Source: Eledone cirrhosa (lineage: Eukaryota). From it: a DNA stretch of 64,000 nt. The notes under the pieces were generated by a model, which ran no database searches, had not been told where the DNA came from, and worked only from the letters and a program-made list of their open reading frames with translations. The stretch is from NCBI GenBank assembly GCA_964016885.1, contig OZ024741.1, positions 97,216,001 through 97,280,000 of the forward strand. Reading direction: 5' to 3'. Below, in pieces: positions 37,956 to 52,480 of this stretch. Made by a program: the position numbers and the translations under genes. Positions within the stretch are counted from its first letter, which is position 1; every line of letters begins with the position of its first letter.

Positions 37956-38559
37956 GAGAGAGAGACAGAGCCATATATCATTTCAGAAGCACATTATTTT
38001 GTACATATACTTAATATTCATGAAAAAGTACAAATGTGGAAAGGCCATTATTTTCCTTCGGCGCCATTTCATAGTTTGGAAACCGGAGCAAAAATCGATC
38101 TAAGTAATCAATTATCAATTCACAACTATCAATTTTGTTAAAGCTACGCAAAAAGTGAACTAATCGTCTCTAGATATGTCCCGCACTGTACACAATGCTT
38201 GTATATCTCGCGGGATCTGAGAGCTGGTTAAAACACCATGCTAATATACACAGGCTGAAACATTCCTTTGTTTGCTTTGCATCATTTGTCAGCGTTTGCC
38301 CGTCGTATTTTTCTATCGCACTGTACCGACTTTAAAAAAAAATTATAGGTCATTGACTAAATATATCACATTGTTTTTCTCTTTCTCTGTCTCTCTCTCT
38401 ATATAATGTTTACACACATACACACACGCACACACACATATATATATATAAAAAATATGTATTTATATTTTCTTACTGTTTCTTTAGCGTTTTAAAATTA
38501 AACAGTAGTGCCGAGTTGTTATCTGACGCCTGCTGCCTGTATTTTTTGGTTCCTTGCCC

Positions 38560-39095
38560 ATTGATCTGTGGTTGACACGCGTTCTCCAAGATGAGGCATC
38601 TGGCAAGACCAGTGGACTCATCAGCGCCAGGATCAAGCTGTGCCTGTACAAGAGCACGGTGCTGCCCACAGTGTTTTAAACAAGCGAAACCTGGAAGTGC
38701 ACGGCAAAGATAGAGTGATGGCTGAACGCTTTCCAACAGCGGTGCCTGCGAACGACCCTTCGCATGTCTTGGCCTGACCGAGTGCAAAACGAGGAACCCT
38801 GCGGAGAGGCGAGTCGTGGACGCTACAGATGATAATCTAGAAGCGCTGGTGAGCCGGGCTGGCCATATTCTGCGCCTGCCCGACGAACGACACTCGAAAA
38901 CAGTGAATAACTGAATTACACACTGAAGCAGGGTTGCCCCAGGATCACCTGGTGACGAACGTTCTGAAAAGACCTGATGGCAGTCAACCTCACTTGGTAC
39001 GCATGCGAAAAAGCGGCCGCTGATCGCGACCATTGGCGTAAACATACTGCTCGATACACCGAACGTTTCGGAAGAACATAGGACTAAGCTAAGGT
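38560..39095 (+). pseudogene. RTE-clade LINE 3' fragment
   Basis: IKLCLYKSTVLPTV..SETW; FQQRCLR; AGHILRLPDER; GCPRITW; AADRDHWR; short (ctaag) tail. Confidence 0.8.
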
Positions 39096-39120
39096 ATTTA
39101 TATATATTTGTATAAATATA

Positions 39121-39209
39121 TACAGGGCGTCCCAAGAAATGTATACACACTTTGGGTAGATGTACAGGCAATATTTTTTAGAATGCACAACTTTTTGGAA
39201 CACCCTTTA
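39121..39209. mobile_element. Possible tiny Tc1/mariner-type MITE
   Basis: ta-cagggcgtcccaagaa ... tttttggaacaccct imperfect TIRs. Confidence 0.4.
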
Positions 39210-40299
39210 TGAAGAAGAGTTGAAATTAATGCATGCAAGATTCCTTAGCTCTAGCATCACCACTTTTTAATCGCCAGCCTATCCTATGAACGTTTCAGCT
39301 CATATTCGTAGTTGTACATACCGATAGTAGTTTGCAATGTTAAATAGTTAAAGTAAAAGTTAAATGAAACTTATTTAAAGGAATTGGTAGATTCCATTTG
39401 AGCTAAGTACTTAAATCCTGGCGAGATTAGCTAAGAGAATTCCGTTTAAATTGACGTTTCTATTTTTGCTTTCGATTGGGGGATCCAGCCGGATTAATTA
39501 GAGACGGCTGCTTCTGTCAGGACCCGCTCCCCGGAAGGCATGTCTGATGACTCTGCTCACAGGACAATCGCAGGAATAAATGGGTAAAGAAGGATGAGGA
39601 GGGATAGAAGTAAAGATGTTTACACTAAATATACATGTGTCAGTATTCAATGCTAATATCCCAGTGTTTGTGAAATTTTGTTGATTGTTTAAATTCATGA
39701 AGACAGCAAATGTTGTTTACACTCGAGATTAACTATAACAATTGAGATGTCATGGTGTTTATGGAAAATAAGTTACATAGCTCTTCTATAGTGGCTATAC
39801 CTAGATGGTGATCAACAGCTTTTCTATAGTGGCTGGTGGCCAAGAGCTGTTCTTTACTGGCTATAGTTAGCTGGTGGACATCTTGTCTATTATGGCGGCT
39901 ATCGTGGTCAGAATTACTTAAATATAATGTGATTTACATCATTGACCACACGGTTTCTCCGCAAAACGGTATAATATGACTTCTGAAAATCCAGAGAGAA
40001 GAGGTGTACACAAGATCCACAGAGAAAAGGAGCAAGAAAAAACAACCAAAATGAACAAACAGAAAGGCCGAAAACGACTTCCTTTTATGAGCTCTAACAA
40101 AAGAGTCTATTTTGGAGGGAGTTCATTGACTGAGTTACTGAGTCCTGAACAGATATATATTTGGCGAACCAGGTTCCAATTTTGCAACAAGTATTTCAAC
40201 AACGAACGTTTCAATTTTTCTCTCCCCAACCTTTTTTCCCCTTTAATTGTGTGTTTTAATTTTATTACATACTATAAATTATGTTGATGTCATAATAAT

Positions 40300-40445
40300 A
40301 ATTATTATTATTGGAGTTTCAGTCATTGATGTTATTTAACTGGAAAGTGTGTTCAAATGAAAATCAAGCCACTACCTGCAGCCTCAGAATCTCAAGTCGT
40401 ATCGGAGTGGTTTGCTGTTTCCAGTAAGCATACCTTTTGAGGTGA
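40300..40445 (-). mobile_element. 3' end of the same R4/Dong family as 22258-23350
   Basis: agtcattgatgttatttaactggaa...tcaagccactacctgcagcc shared; (TAA)n tail. Confidence 0.8.
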
Positions 40446-40647
40446 TGAACGAACGTTAAGCATAAACAAATTATGCAAGAAATTTATTTCATATATTTCC
40501 ATAATTACAACCCAAGCTTATGATACAAACCTGAGATATATATGTAATGGACCTGTTTTATATAGCCAGATAGCTAGGTAAAAAGACAGAATGAGATATA
40601 AATTAAGGGATTAGTAGATATATACATGCATACATACATACATACAT

Positions 40648-40978
40648 AGGAAGGAAGGCCCTTCGTCGGTTACGACGACGAGTGTTCCAGTTGATCAGAT
40701 CAAAGAGACAGTCTGCTCGTGAAATTAACGTGCATGTGCCTGAGTATTCCACAAACACGCGTACATTTAATGTAGTTCTCAGGGAGATTCATCATGACAC
40801 AGAGTGTGAATTGGCTGGTCATTCTACTACAGGTACAAATCATTTTTGCCAGCTGAGTGAACTGCAGCAACGTGAAATAAATTGTCTTGCTCAAGGATAA
40901 AACAGGCTGCCTCGAATCGAAATCACAACTTTACGATTGTAAGCCGAATACCCTAACCACAAAGCCACGCCCCTTCAC
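40648..40978 (-). mobile_element. Second tRNA-derived SINE family
   Basis: Minus strand ggcgtggctttgtggttagg...ttcgattcg tRNA-like head followed by tccttgagcaagaca motif; flanked by (TACA)n. Confidence 0.75.
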
Positions 40979-43900
40979 ATACATACATACATACATACAT
41001 ACATACATACATACATACATACATACATACATACAATCATGCATAGATACGTACATAGCTACATATCTGCATATCTACATAGCTTCAGACATAAGTGTGT
41101 ACATACGAGTACATTAATTAATTAAACAGTCCTTTATGTGTTCGTACCTTGAATATTAAAGAAAAAATGTTTCATTTCTACTTTAAGTTTGATTTCTACT
41201 ATAAAGTTAAAAAATGTCTATATCCCAAACGTGGTAATAGTTATGGCAACCAATTCTTATTGTGCAAAATTTATTGATGCTGGAAACGAAGACATGTGTG
41301 ATTATACATATTACTTTATATAAGCTCGCATGTATACATATGTGAGCGATATGTATATCAGTACATGGACAAATATGTAATTATATGTATGTGTGTGCTT
41401 GTTTGTGTGTGTGAGTGTGTGTGTATGTGTGTAGGTATTCTTGCATATGTGTGCTTCTATCTATGCCTTTCAAATGTATGTATATATGTTTTCAAGGTAT
41501 AAAAACTCTATCATTAATATAAGATGGCGTATCTGAATATGGCTCCAAGCGACTGTGAGATAAGCTAACTGATAGCTCTGTTAGTCAAGTATATAGCAAC
41601 GTATATCCAGACCTTCACTAATTGCCGTATCAGTAGTCATCCGTAATGATCGCTTTAACAAAGCGCCATTTTTCCTTACAGTGAAACATGCGCTACTTAT
41701 TAAAACGAACCGATATGTTTGATATGATGAAATTAATAATGCTGGAGCCGGGAAACATGTTTGTATAAAAAAAAAACAGTTTGTATGATTGACAATTATG
41801 ATCTGATAAGGGCAGCAGTCGTGTAATTCCTTGGCGCATATCAATCTTTTTTCGATTGCTTACCTGAATTATAATTTTTGCTCATATTCCTATGAAAATA
41901 TCATATAAGTTACAATACATAGTCTGTCGTGTTACAAAAGTAGAATTATTCAATGTCTATAAGCATCACTCCATCTCGATTCAAATCCATAGAAGTTTAG
42001 ATTTGAAATTGCGCTAACCACTCTTTCAAGCCATTATTGTGTACCCACCTGCTAGCAACATTCTCGACGCAAAATGCTGAACCGCAGTCTGCAGCGAATT
42101 GAAAACCAATTCAGAAAAAAAGTGTTTCTCATCAGCTACAGCTATATACATCTTCTTGCACCGACATCTCGACATGTATTTCCTTTATTATAATCATTTG
42201 TTCTTTTCTTCACAATTCTCCTTATATATACGTGACAATATATTATTATACAAACAACACACGGTTGATGGAGTGTAATTGTAGTAAAATATACTGGACT
42301 TTGTTAAAAGTTAATCCCAATTTCACTAGATACTAGCACACCATTTATAAAGTGAAGGCACGGTCTCGTTAGATACCACACCTGATCACCGACTGAAAAC
42401 TGGCTCCAACGAACATTGCCATGAGTATATATATTTGATTCCGACAGCGAATTCAACCGATTTTCTGGTTAGTGCTTATTTATTTATTAGTAGACCAAAG
42501 TCATGTTTTGACAAATATGCAAATTTCTAGGAGATAATGAAATTTGTTACTCACCGGCTCCTCAATTTGTTTAATCATCAGACAATTTCGTGAAAGAATC
42601 GTATACTGTTACAGCCATTCCTCCGGCTTCAGCCATTTTTGTTCATTCCTTCTAGTTTTACATACCATAAATATTTTCTCGCAATCTCCTGATGTCCTAA
42701 CTATTACATAGTCCTGTGGTTAGAGTAGGACTTTTTCACGTAGTATCTCCGGTTTAGAACTGAAACCATGGTGGATGAGTGGTATTTCTTTAATTCCCTG
42801 TGGGTACCCACAGGATTACTTTAAGAACTGCTCTAAATATATAAGTATTACCAACACAATCTACAGCAGCTTCAGCAATGATGTTCCACTAGCCTGCAGC
42901 TTTTGTCATTGCAGATTTTGTGCTCTATGGCTACTCCCTAAAGATGTCTTTTGACTCTCACTAGAATGATCTGAAATGACAATTACTCAACCATATGTGG
43001 TAGCGGGACAATTTTGTCTACTTCCATACCAGCCATTATATTGATGAGATCTCTCTGATGACTTCGTTGTCAAACGCTTATACTTTGTTTTAGAAGATAC
43101 TTCAGACAATGCAAAGTTGGGTTGTCTTCGATGACCATCAGAAAAATTTAACTGATGCTATACTTTCAGTTTCAAACAAAGTCACCTAATAAGCATAGCT
43201 TGGGCTCTCAGCTCATACAATTTCTGGAACAAGTCTTCCTAAGTTTTTTATCTAGAAGTTTATCACTACTTCCCAGCTAGTGAATTTGATTGCTACCTTA
43301 GAATATCGACGCCGATAGAATGAAAAGCAATGTTGACCTTGGCGGTATTTGAACTCAGAACGTGAAAAAATTAATGCAAGGCAATTAATATTGATTTCTA
43401 ATAATTCCAACATCAAAAATAATCTGATCTGATCAACATTTCTATCTCACAAAGAAAAATACAGTACAGATGAAATAAGCTAAAACTTATTTTTATGTTA
43501 TGTTATTATACAAATGCTGTTTGGCATGACGTGAAAACCACACGAAAAATAAGAAATCAAATTAATACTAGTAAAATCATACTCAATAACGCATAACAAA
43601 GCAATAAAAAGAAGTATTTTATCAATTCATCGAGGTCTAGAATTAATGCATAAAATTATGACAAATAGAGGGAGAGCATAAGATAGAGAGAGAGGGTAAA
43701 GAGAGAGAGAGAGGGCGGACTGTCGCAATAAGAGCATTGCATATTTTTATATTCAAAATGATGTTAATATATATGGGGCAGAATTTTGCTTCTTAAGTCG
43801 TACAAATTAAGCAGGTAATATATAACGTATATTGCGAGTACTCTTTCAATAAAACAGGAATATTTTGCATTTATATTTATTGTATAAAAATGTGTAATAT

Positions 43901-45484
43901 CTGGAGAGAAAATGACCGAGAACCAGTCATTGAGTTTATAGAGAATACCTAATTGAGGATAATAAATATTAAACAGAAAAATACACTGGAATCAAAATGT
44001 TAACACACTGGACACGTACATATCTAGATATATGTCTACATGGATAGAATTATTTATTTAATGTTTATCATCATGGCCAGCAACATGCTGGTCCTTGGCC
44101 TATAGAAGATAGTATTCCTTTATTTTCTCATGTTTTAGTATAGGTAAGCGGCTGGGAAATTTGTGTATTTTAGTTGTGGTAATTAGAAACATCGGGTATT
44201 TGGTTTCTCTGATTACTGTGCTGCGTTTGTAGGGTTTCAGCTCACGGGCCGCTGGTGTTTGGATGATGGACGTTTATGTCAGAATCTACAAGTGGGTCTA
44301 TGCCAGGCAGGGAAGGAAAGCACTAAATCTGGACACGCTTAATAGCGAGTTCACAGCATTCACATACATATGTATGTTTGCGTATATATGTATGTTCTTC
44401 TGCATTTATTATTCTATACATTTCCATAGAAAGAAAGATTCTATTATAGAAACAAGGCTGTTTTATTAGAATGTAGAGCGCATCAATTAGGTAAATACGT
44501 GCGTATGTAAGTATTTATGTGTATGTGTGTGTATGTGTGTTTGATGTGTAGATGTGTGTTTCTGTGTGGGTGTGTGTGTATGTGTGTGTGTGTGCGTGTG
44601 TAGCTATGGGTGTTATTGCATGCGTGAATCTGTATATTTTGAATTATATATGTTCAAATGCATATGCTTCTGCATATATACATGCGTATTTCCAATCATT
44701 AGAGGCTAAATTTCTTAAATGTTTTCCATATTTTTACAGTCTCATTATTGGATTGTTCTTCCACGTTCCAAACGTAACGTGTCCTTTCTGGTTCTGAAAA
44801 ATTGTATGTATGAATATGTGTATGTGTGAGTATGTATATCTATTGGAATGTGTGTGTGTGTGTGTGTGTATGTGTGTGTGTGTGTGTGTATTTATGTTCA
44901 TGTGGTAAGATAATATTTTATATCATGTGTTATGCCATGACTAGATTATTATATGTTATCGTTGCACATTACATTATTCCTTATTTCTTTGTCTATATAA
45001 ATAGGCGCTTATATACACTCATTACTTTTGCTGATTTCCCTTTTCAATGTATGTTCTGTAATAGCTACAAACTCACAGCGAATATAACTGCAGTGGAGCA
45101 ACTAGACACCATTACAACAGTGTCTGAAATGGGTGATTACAATTGTAATAAGAATATCATACCGAAGAAAAAAATGCAAAATCATGAATATTGTGTCAGA
45201 ACAATTACAATATAGTGAATTAATGAGTATCAAAGAATGTGATGTGATTTGTAAATAAAGTAAACATCGGCTGATCTTGATTTTGTTAAACAGGAAATAC
45301 ATGGTGTATATTACACACATCAAACAATCCTTAACAAACCTAAATAATACTGTAAGTGAACAGAATATAACACATATATATGTGTGTGTGTGCGTGTGCG
45401 TATGTATGTGTGTATTTGTACATACATAGTTATAGAGATTAGTAGATGTATGTATAATCTGTATTATTAATTTGACGTATAGAG

Positions 45485-45850
45485 TTACGGCCATGCCATT
45501 CTGAGTTCAAATCCCGCCGAGGTTAACTTTGCCTTTCATCCTTACGGGGTCGATAAAATAAAGTACCAGTAATGCTCTGGGTAATTTCTGGCCTTGTGCC
45601 AAACGTAGAAACAATTATTAAATACGTATGTAGGGCGGTGAATTGGCAGTATCGGTAGAGGGTTGGACGCCATGCTTTCTAGCATAGTTACGTCCCTTTA
45701 CAGTCTGAGTTCAAATCCCGCCGAGGTTAACTTTGCCTTTCATCCTTACGGGGTCGATAAAATAAAGTACCAGTCACGCACTGGGGTCGATTTAATCGAC
45801 TTTCCCCTCCGCCAAAATTGCTGGCCTTGTGCCTATATAAGAAACAATTT
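45485..45850 (+). mobile_element. Two tandem SINE copies (partial plus full)
   Basis: ctgagttcaaatcccgccgaggttaactttgcctttcatccttacggggtcgata repeated at ~45501 and ~45704. Confidence 0.85.
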
Positions 45851-47599
45851 TTAAATACGTATGTATTTATGTATTTCCAGGCAAAATAGAAGATATGACG
45901 ACTAAAACGAAGCAAAAAACTACAATTAGATATATACACATACGAAAGAAATCATCATTGCATATTAGCTTTTTTTTTAATAAACAGTAAATTCATTAGA
46001 ATATTCTATTTACTGTTGACGATTGCATACACGAAAATACTATGTTTAGATAAATGAACATACCTATCTAATACATACCCATCCGCTCACATTTGCATTG
46101 AATTGTGAAAAAAATCTGTACTACATTGCTCAAGCTATATATCTGCTATTCTACTTTGATCACTCGGTACGACCTGCAAATCTATATGTGAAATGTATTT
46201 GCTTCCTCTGCTGAAAAAAGTACGTATTTATTTTGTTAGTACGCAATTCATTATGTTCTGCATTACACAGGCTAATAAGCTCGCATAACTCTTATGTCAA
46301 CAGGCGAAGAGATTATATATTCAACAATGACAATTTTAATGGTTCTTATTTTCAAGTGCTGATTCTCAAATTTTTTTAATCGGTGAAAATTAAGTGTTTA
46401 GTCGTCACAAGTAAACGCCAATGCAAACAATTTCAGAGATATGCCAATAACATTAATTTCTCCATTCAACAACATTTCGTGCCCTCCAGTTTACTTACTT
46501 CTCCTAAACTGTGACTTTTTGGACTGAAAAAGGGGTGTTTCACTTATTTTTAAACAATAAATTACAAGTCATCTTCTAATAACAATTATAAATTAACACG
46601 CGTCACAAATATGGAATGGAGAGGACACGTTGATTAAAACGCCAGCAGTATATGGTTGATCTCAAGTTTATCTAGATCATTGGGATAAATCTTAAGTTTG
46701 AAGGCCAGAATTTAATCGAAAACTGGATAGATTTGTGACTTAATACGGAAATGTATATAATCTTATGATCATCATATTTTCTTTTACGTTTTATGATATT
46801 AAAAAAATCGAACAAAGATAATGGCTTGTAACTTAGCTGCGAGGTCATATAATCTAACGATTCTGCTCATTCTACATTCAAAGAACTATCAAAAGAGGGT
46901 GTTATCTTTTGTTTCAACAATTGCTTTCATTGAGCAAACATACAAATATTCTTGCTAACATACAATCTGTGCAATATTCTTACAATACTCATTAGTTTTT
47001 AAAGTGGTTAGGTTTTCCGGCATATTACCAATTTAATAGTAGCCTTTCCTGTGACGTATTTTGAGAGATATCAAGTTATATATTTCACAAACCCATTAAA
47101 TGTCACAATGTTTTGTTTCTTCCTGTAGACACCAATCTCGTACAGTATTTAAGTATACTCAAACACCTACGACTGGATATCTATTTCATCTGATTTCTAT
47201 CCCTGCAAATGCAAACTACAACAAATGTCTGTTTGTCGCTGTTGTTCAATGTTCATATTCACGATGTTCTGTTACACTGTACAAATTTGTATGAGGATCA
47301 CAAAGACATGAAATTAGTAGTTACGAAATTTAAATTCTTATATTTAATGAATACAACTTAACATTGTTTTTCAGGTACCAAGCACCTGCATACTATGCGG
47401 TATGGCAACCCACATAGAAATGTCTGTACCACACATCTGCAACTTTCGCACATCTTCACGTCAAATACGGCACATCTTCGCACATCTGACGTCAAATACG
47501 GCACTCTTCCCTAATAACCTTCATCCTAATATCTAACATCTTGAACGGCCCATTTTATGTAATTTCCGTTTACTTTACTTAAACACCCATTCCTAATAA

Positions 47600-47725
47600 T
47601 GATTTCTAGTATAGGCAAAAGGCCAGTAATTTGTGCGATTTGAACTCAGGCAGTAACGGGCCGCAACTCTATGCTACAAAGCATGGCGTCCGACCCTCTG
47701 CCGATACTGCCAATACACCGCCCTT
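47600..47725 (-). mobile_element. Internally deleted SINE
   Basis: atttgaactcag...ccgatactgccaat.caccgccct. Confidence 0.7.
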
Positions 47726-48098
47726 ACCCACTCCTAATAATAAAAGAGTACCATTCTCGTTCCCAAACTCGTTGCTAAATTTGCGCGTACCGCCTCAACA
47801 CCAATAGTGATTTAATTAGATATCAGAAAAAAAGGAAGGAAAGAAATCAGCTATTCAAGATTCGGTAAAGTGTAATGTTAATAAATACAGATAGATAACA
47901 AGTTCTGTTGATGTTGATCTACCAATTGTAGCGGTTGTCCTCCATCATCGAACCTGGTAAACCGGGAAGTCTGATAACAACAATAAATCTGGCACGTATT
48001 TAAAATAACAACGTAGAAACAAAAATAAACTGATAGAGGAAAGGCACTTTAGTAACCCAAGTTTATTTTACCCCACTGGACATGATATTGGTGTTGTA

Positions 48099-50664
48099 GT
48101 GACCTAAATTTCGCGGGCTCACATACATTCTCTGTGCGTGATTTGGCTCAGTTCAGCCAATCAGCGCCAGTAGAAGAGGATGTATCCCTACGCGTTCTGA
48201 GGGAGAAATAGCCCGCAAAGATTTGAGGACGTTATCACTCGCAGCTGGACCATGCTAAGGTAAAACACGCTTGTTCTGTTGCTCCGTAAGCACAAACAAT
48301 ATGTAACGACACAACAATTTTACTACGGAATTGGCTAAACGCCTCAGCCAGTCGACCGTATTTTCTCTTGTAATCTTAATTGAATTATTTCATTTCTCTT
48401 GGCATGCCAGCCTAATTCACTTCTTAACCTTGGTTAATAAATAATGTAAAAACAAGCTAAAGTCGTTGTCGATATTCCTATCATATCTTTCTACCAAACC
48501 TGGTTCCTCGTGGCAACCTTACCAACTTCTAAAATATAACTCTCCACCAAATTGGCGTCCCTCGACGATTAAGTATGAAAACGCAGCCTATTTGAATTCG
48601 CCATTCGTTTTAACGGCAATGTGGAGTGGCTTAACATTTGGAATGTTCGAATCGGGTAGCTAGACTCACTTAGCGTAAGTTCATAAAATTCATAATATTC
48701 CATTTGTTGAAGCACGCGGCCAGGCACAATATTTCTGTCATAACTTTCATGGTGACACTATTGACTCACGCATACAGACGAACACAAAAATACAACACAA
48801 AAGAAAGAGTTTTTTCTACTAACAAAAAATTTCTCCTTTGGATTGAAAATTCTGCGATGTCTTCTATCCGGTTGAGGTGGTTTGGTATATTTCAATTGGT
48901 TGATAAAATGAGTACGGTGACCACCGACTAAGAACAACTTTCTTTGCGAGCATAGTTTGATAAAAAAAAAAATAAAAAAAAAAGGATTTCTCTGGATATA
49001 GAATTTTGCTTTGAGCGTTCTGTTAATATTACAAATGGAGACTCAGAGATTTTGTTTTCCCGCGTTCAGCTTGTCTTCTTCAATCCCAGCCATCTGATTG
49101 GCTGCATCGTGCCACATGACGGCTTCTTCATCACGAACACATTTTTCAATCAGCCATCTTGGATTTTCTTGCGAATAATTTTCATAGAAAATAATTTTTT
49201 TTATTAATCCAAATTTTCTTTAGAATATTTTTTAAATAAAATATTAGCTGTATTTCAAAAACTTTACGCCACGAGGAAATTTCAAAACGGCTACCACCAA
49301 GTACCAGCCATCGGCAGCAACACATGGCTAACTATTAACCAACACCAGGAAACGGCTTGTAACTTTACCGACGCAACCACCATACCTTCTGTCTCGTTAC
49401 CACAAGGACTCGAGAAATTAAGACATTAGTTTTCTCACCATTATGGCGTCAGACGTGGCTGCCATGTTGGTGACTATAGGTTCTTCAACGCTAGACTTCA
49501 ACTCTACAGAAGATTCATTGTGACTTTGCTTTAACAACAACAACCCTACTAGCTCCCTAGTAAGAGCGTTCCCAAAGAAAAAAGAAGCGAACTTTTTGTT
49601 AAAAGAAAAGAAACAATTCTTTCTTTCTTCCTTTTTTTTTCAGGCATTTATTTTGGACATTTATTTTTTAAAAACTGAATTATATGAAAATTCATTTCTC
49701 GCTATCATTGTATATTGACAGCACGCACACATTTTCTTTGCTGTATTACATGGAACTGCAACCCACCTACAGATTCAACTTGCTTTTTTTTTCTTATCAA
49801 AGCAACCAGCCATTTTTTCCTGGCTCCCTAGCACATTCGGCAATGCATCTGGGAGGCCAACATTTTCTCGCCTACCCATCATCTGCTTGCCAGCACTGGT
49901 AAACTACCATAATAGCTTCGTCCACAGCTACTGGTACAACACTTACCATTAACATTTAATGCAAGAACAGCAACTTCGCCCATGTCAGACTTTATCTGTT
50001 TTCTGGTAGACCTTTGGTGGTCACGTATAAACTACAAAACAGCTAGTCATTTGACAGCGGCTCAACACGGCCCGTCGCCCCTCATTTTTTTTCTTGCATG
50101 CATCTTTCTGCTCAATTATTTTTTCACTGATGTGCTCTTTCAGCATTTGTTCTTGCTGATTCAATAATCTGTGGGTCCTCGGCTTCATCGTTAACGATTT
50201 TCGGCTAAAAATCTGTGACCTACATTCCGCGGGCTCACATACATTCTCTGTGCGTGATTTGGCTCATCTCAGCCAATCAGCGCCAGTAGAAGAGGATGTA
50301 TCCCTACGCGTTCTGAGGGAGAAATATCCCGCAAAGATTTGAGGACGTTATCACTCGCAGCTGGACCATGCTAAGGTAAAACACGCTTGTTCTTTTGCTC
50401 CGTAAGCACAAAGAATATGTAACGACACAACAATTTTACTACGGAATTGGCTAAACGCCTCAGCCAGTCGACCGTATTTTCTCTTGTAATCTTAATTGAA
50501 TTATTTCATTTCTCTTGGCATGCCAGCCTAATTCACTTCTTAACCTTGGTTAATAAATAATGTAAAAACAAGCTAAAGTCGTTGTCGATATTCCTATCAT
50601 ATCTTTCTACCAAACCTGGTTCCTCGTGGCAACCTTACCAACTTCTAAATATAACTCTCCACCA
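48099..50664 (+). mobile_element. Non-autonomous gypsy-derived LTR retroelement
   Basis: Near-identical ~450-bp direct repeats 48099-48549 and 50215-50664 ending CA; PBS-like TGGCGTCCCTCG at 48553; RT crumbs NGYHQVP and WLPC/GDYRFFNA inside. Confidence 0.82.
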
Positions 50665-51444
50665 AAGTGTCATTTACATGAACATGTGTGTGTTGGTTCG
50701 TGGGGTCAGGCCTCTTACCATGCGCTTAGGCCTGATGAGGTTAATAAGATTTTTGTATACTAGTGACTAACAGGTCATTTCTACTGTCGGTAATACTTTA
50801 AGTTACATTTACTGCTATTGGATCTACCTAAAGTAGTTCCCGGACTTTAGATTCGGCCACACTTAATGTAGCAGTAGGGTGCACTGCACACTCTCTCTGC
50901 ATATATTATGCAACAATGCATAATCGGCGCATGTGGCTTCATCAGCGGGTATTTCCTAATCAATAACCAATCGATTGACATAATTCAACCCCACTCCATG
51001 TCGGCTACTACTGTTTGTGACAGCCGAAACAGTAAAGTGATTAACAACTGGAATCTGATACAACTCTGTCCCCCGACCAGCCACCGATTTACACATTTAC
51101 GTGGTGGCGGAAGATTTATAATTGTTAAGGCCAGTTACTAATACGGCGCTATACGAGACACGTACATTTCCTTGGCCCTGAGGAGCAAGTTGTTCAACTT
51201 GTGCCGATAGAAATGAACCGGAAAAATATACGGGCGGTAGATTTGTAGATTCGTTAAAACATCGGTTAACATTTTTTGCTTTATTCATACCACCTCAGTG
51301 CACTCTGAGTTCAAAACCCATCAAGGCCAGCATAGCCTATCATTATTTCCAGGTCAATAAACAAAGTACCAACCAAGAAATTGGTATGATTCAACCTCTC
51401 TATATAGTTCTCATAGATTCTAAGAAGGCATACACGCATACAAA

Positions 51445-52480
51445 CATACATGGTGGCTGCCAACTCTGCTAAGAGTATTGCAATCGCTTGTCAGATTACA
51501 GAAAATCGTGTAACCTTAGGATAGGGCCAGCCACACGAACCTGTAACATAACCTGAACAAGCAATGTTCGTGCTTTGAAGGTTTTCTTAAGTGGGAAATG
51601 GCCTTGCACTCGATCAATCCCACTCTCTGATCATCGAAAACACTACCTGAAAAGCCGTAGGTTTTTTTTGAGAGTCTCCCTTTCTTAGAAAGGTGTTGTG
51701 ACAACAACTGTGGGGCCTTTCACTCCCTTGTGAACAGAAATTACTATTTGGATGGCCGTTGAATTCTTACGCCCTTTGATGGGTCTTGTATTTCATACCG
51801 CATGGTGTCCGAGTATAACCCTCCTCACCAAGCAAGCTTGGTGGGGTTGCCGATTTAGTCGCCGACGACCCGACCATGAGACAGGTTGTACTGGGTTACA
51901 TGTTACCAGTAGCACCCGAGAGCGACCTGACATACATACATACATGGTTGCTGCCAACTCGTTTTTGAGTACGGCGATTACTTTATATCCATGTAGGAGA
52001 ACCGCTACCGATGGGCTGAACGAGTGTGACTTTTTAGTCCAGCCAGCGACTTGAAAACTCTGGTACAAACACTACACCTGTGACAATTATTGACACATAG
52101 TGCTGGGCCCATGGTACTATGTGATGGCAAGTGCAGAGAGATCTCCAGATATAAAGCAATGCCTGTGCCGTGAAGCTTTTATAGTGAGCAAAGGTACTGC
52201 ACAAAGCCAGTCCCACTCTCTTAACCAAGATGATATTTACCAAAAAGAAGAACAAGTTAACATCATTGGATACCATCAGGGTTGCAGGTTTTATATCAGA
52301 GTTTTCCTTCCTCTAGTATTCTGCCTTGACAAAGGCTAAGGGGTCATCTCTCCCGGTGATTTTGGATGGCCATTGACTCTTCAGAACTCTTTTGCCCTTT
52401 GACAGGTTTTGTTTTTAGTCCTGCAGGATGTCCAAAGTCACCCTCCTCACCAAGAAACCTTGGTGAGGAGGGTGACTCTA
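51445..52480 (-). mobile_element. Two adjacent non-coding RTE-like retroposons related to 11705-12320
   Basis: 51945-52480 mirrors ~11790-12320; 51445-51930 shares the 5' head and 3' end but has a different middle. Confidence 0.7.

Noticed and set aside
38473-39171. 232-aa minus-strand ORF
   Set aside because: Antisense shadow of the plus-strand RTE RT remnant
39540-39580. CUGAUGA at ~39544 as a hammerhead
   Set aside because: No properly placed GAAA, stem III or stem I
42550-43260. Possible old minus-strand LINE RT remnant
   Set aside because: Only faint motif resemblance; cannot be supported by eye
44080-44350. Possible PLE RT N-terminal remnant (KIHK...ILSSIG) on minus strand
   Set aside because: Needs frameshifts; evidence too thin without alignment
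45632-45730. tRNA gene suggested by A/B boxes
   Set aside because: No cloverleaf; continues into the SINE body found in many copies
51810-51930. Canonical HDV-like ribozyme
   Set aside because: A P1-like helix is present but I could not fit P3/L3 or the P1.1 GG
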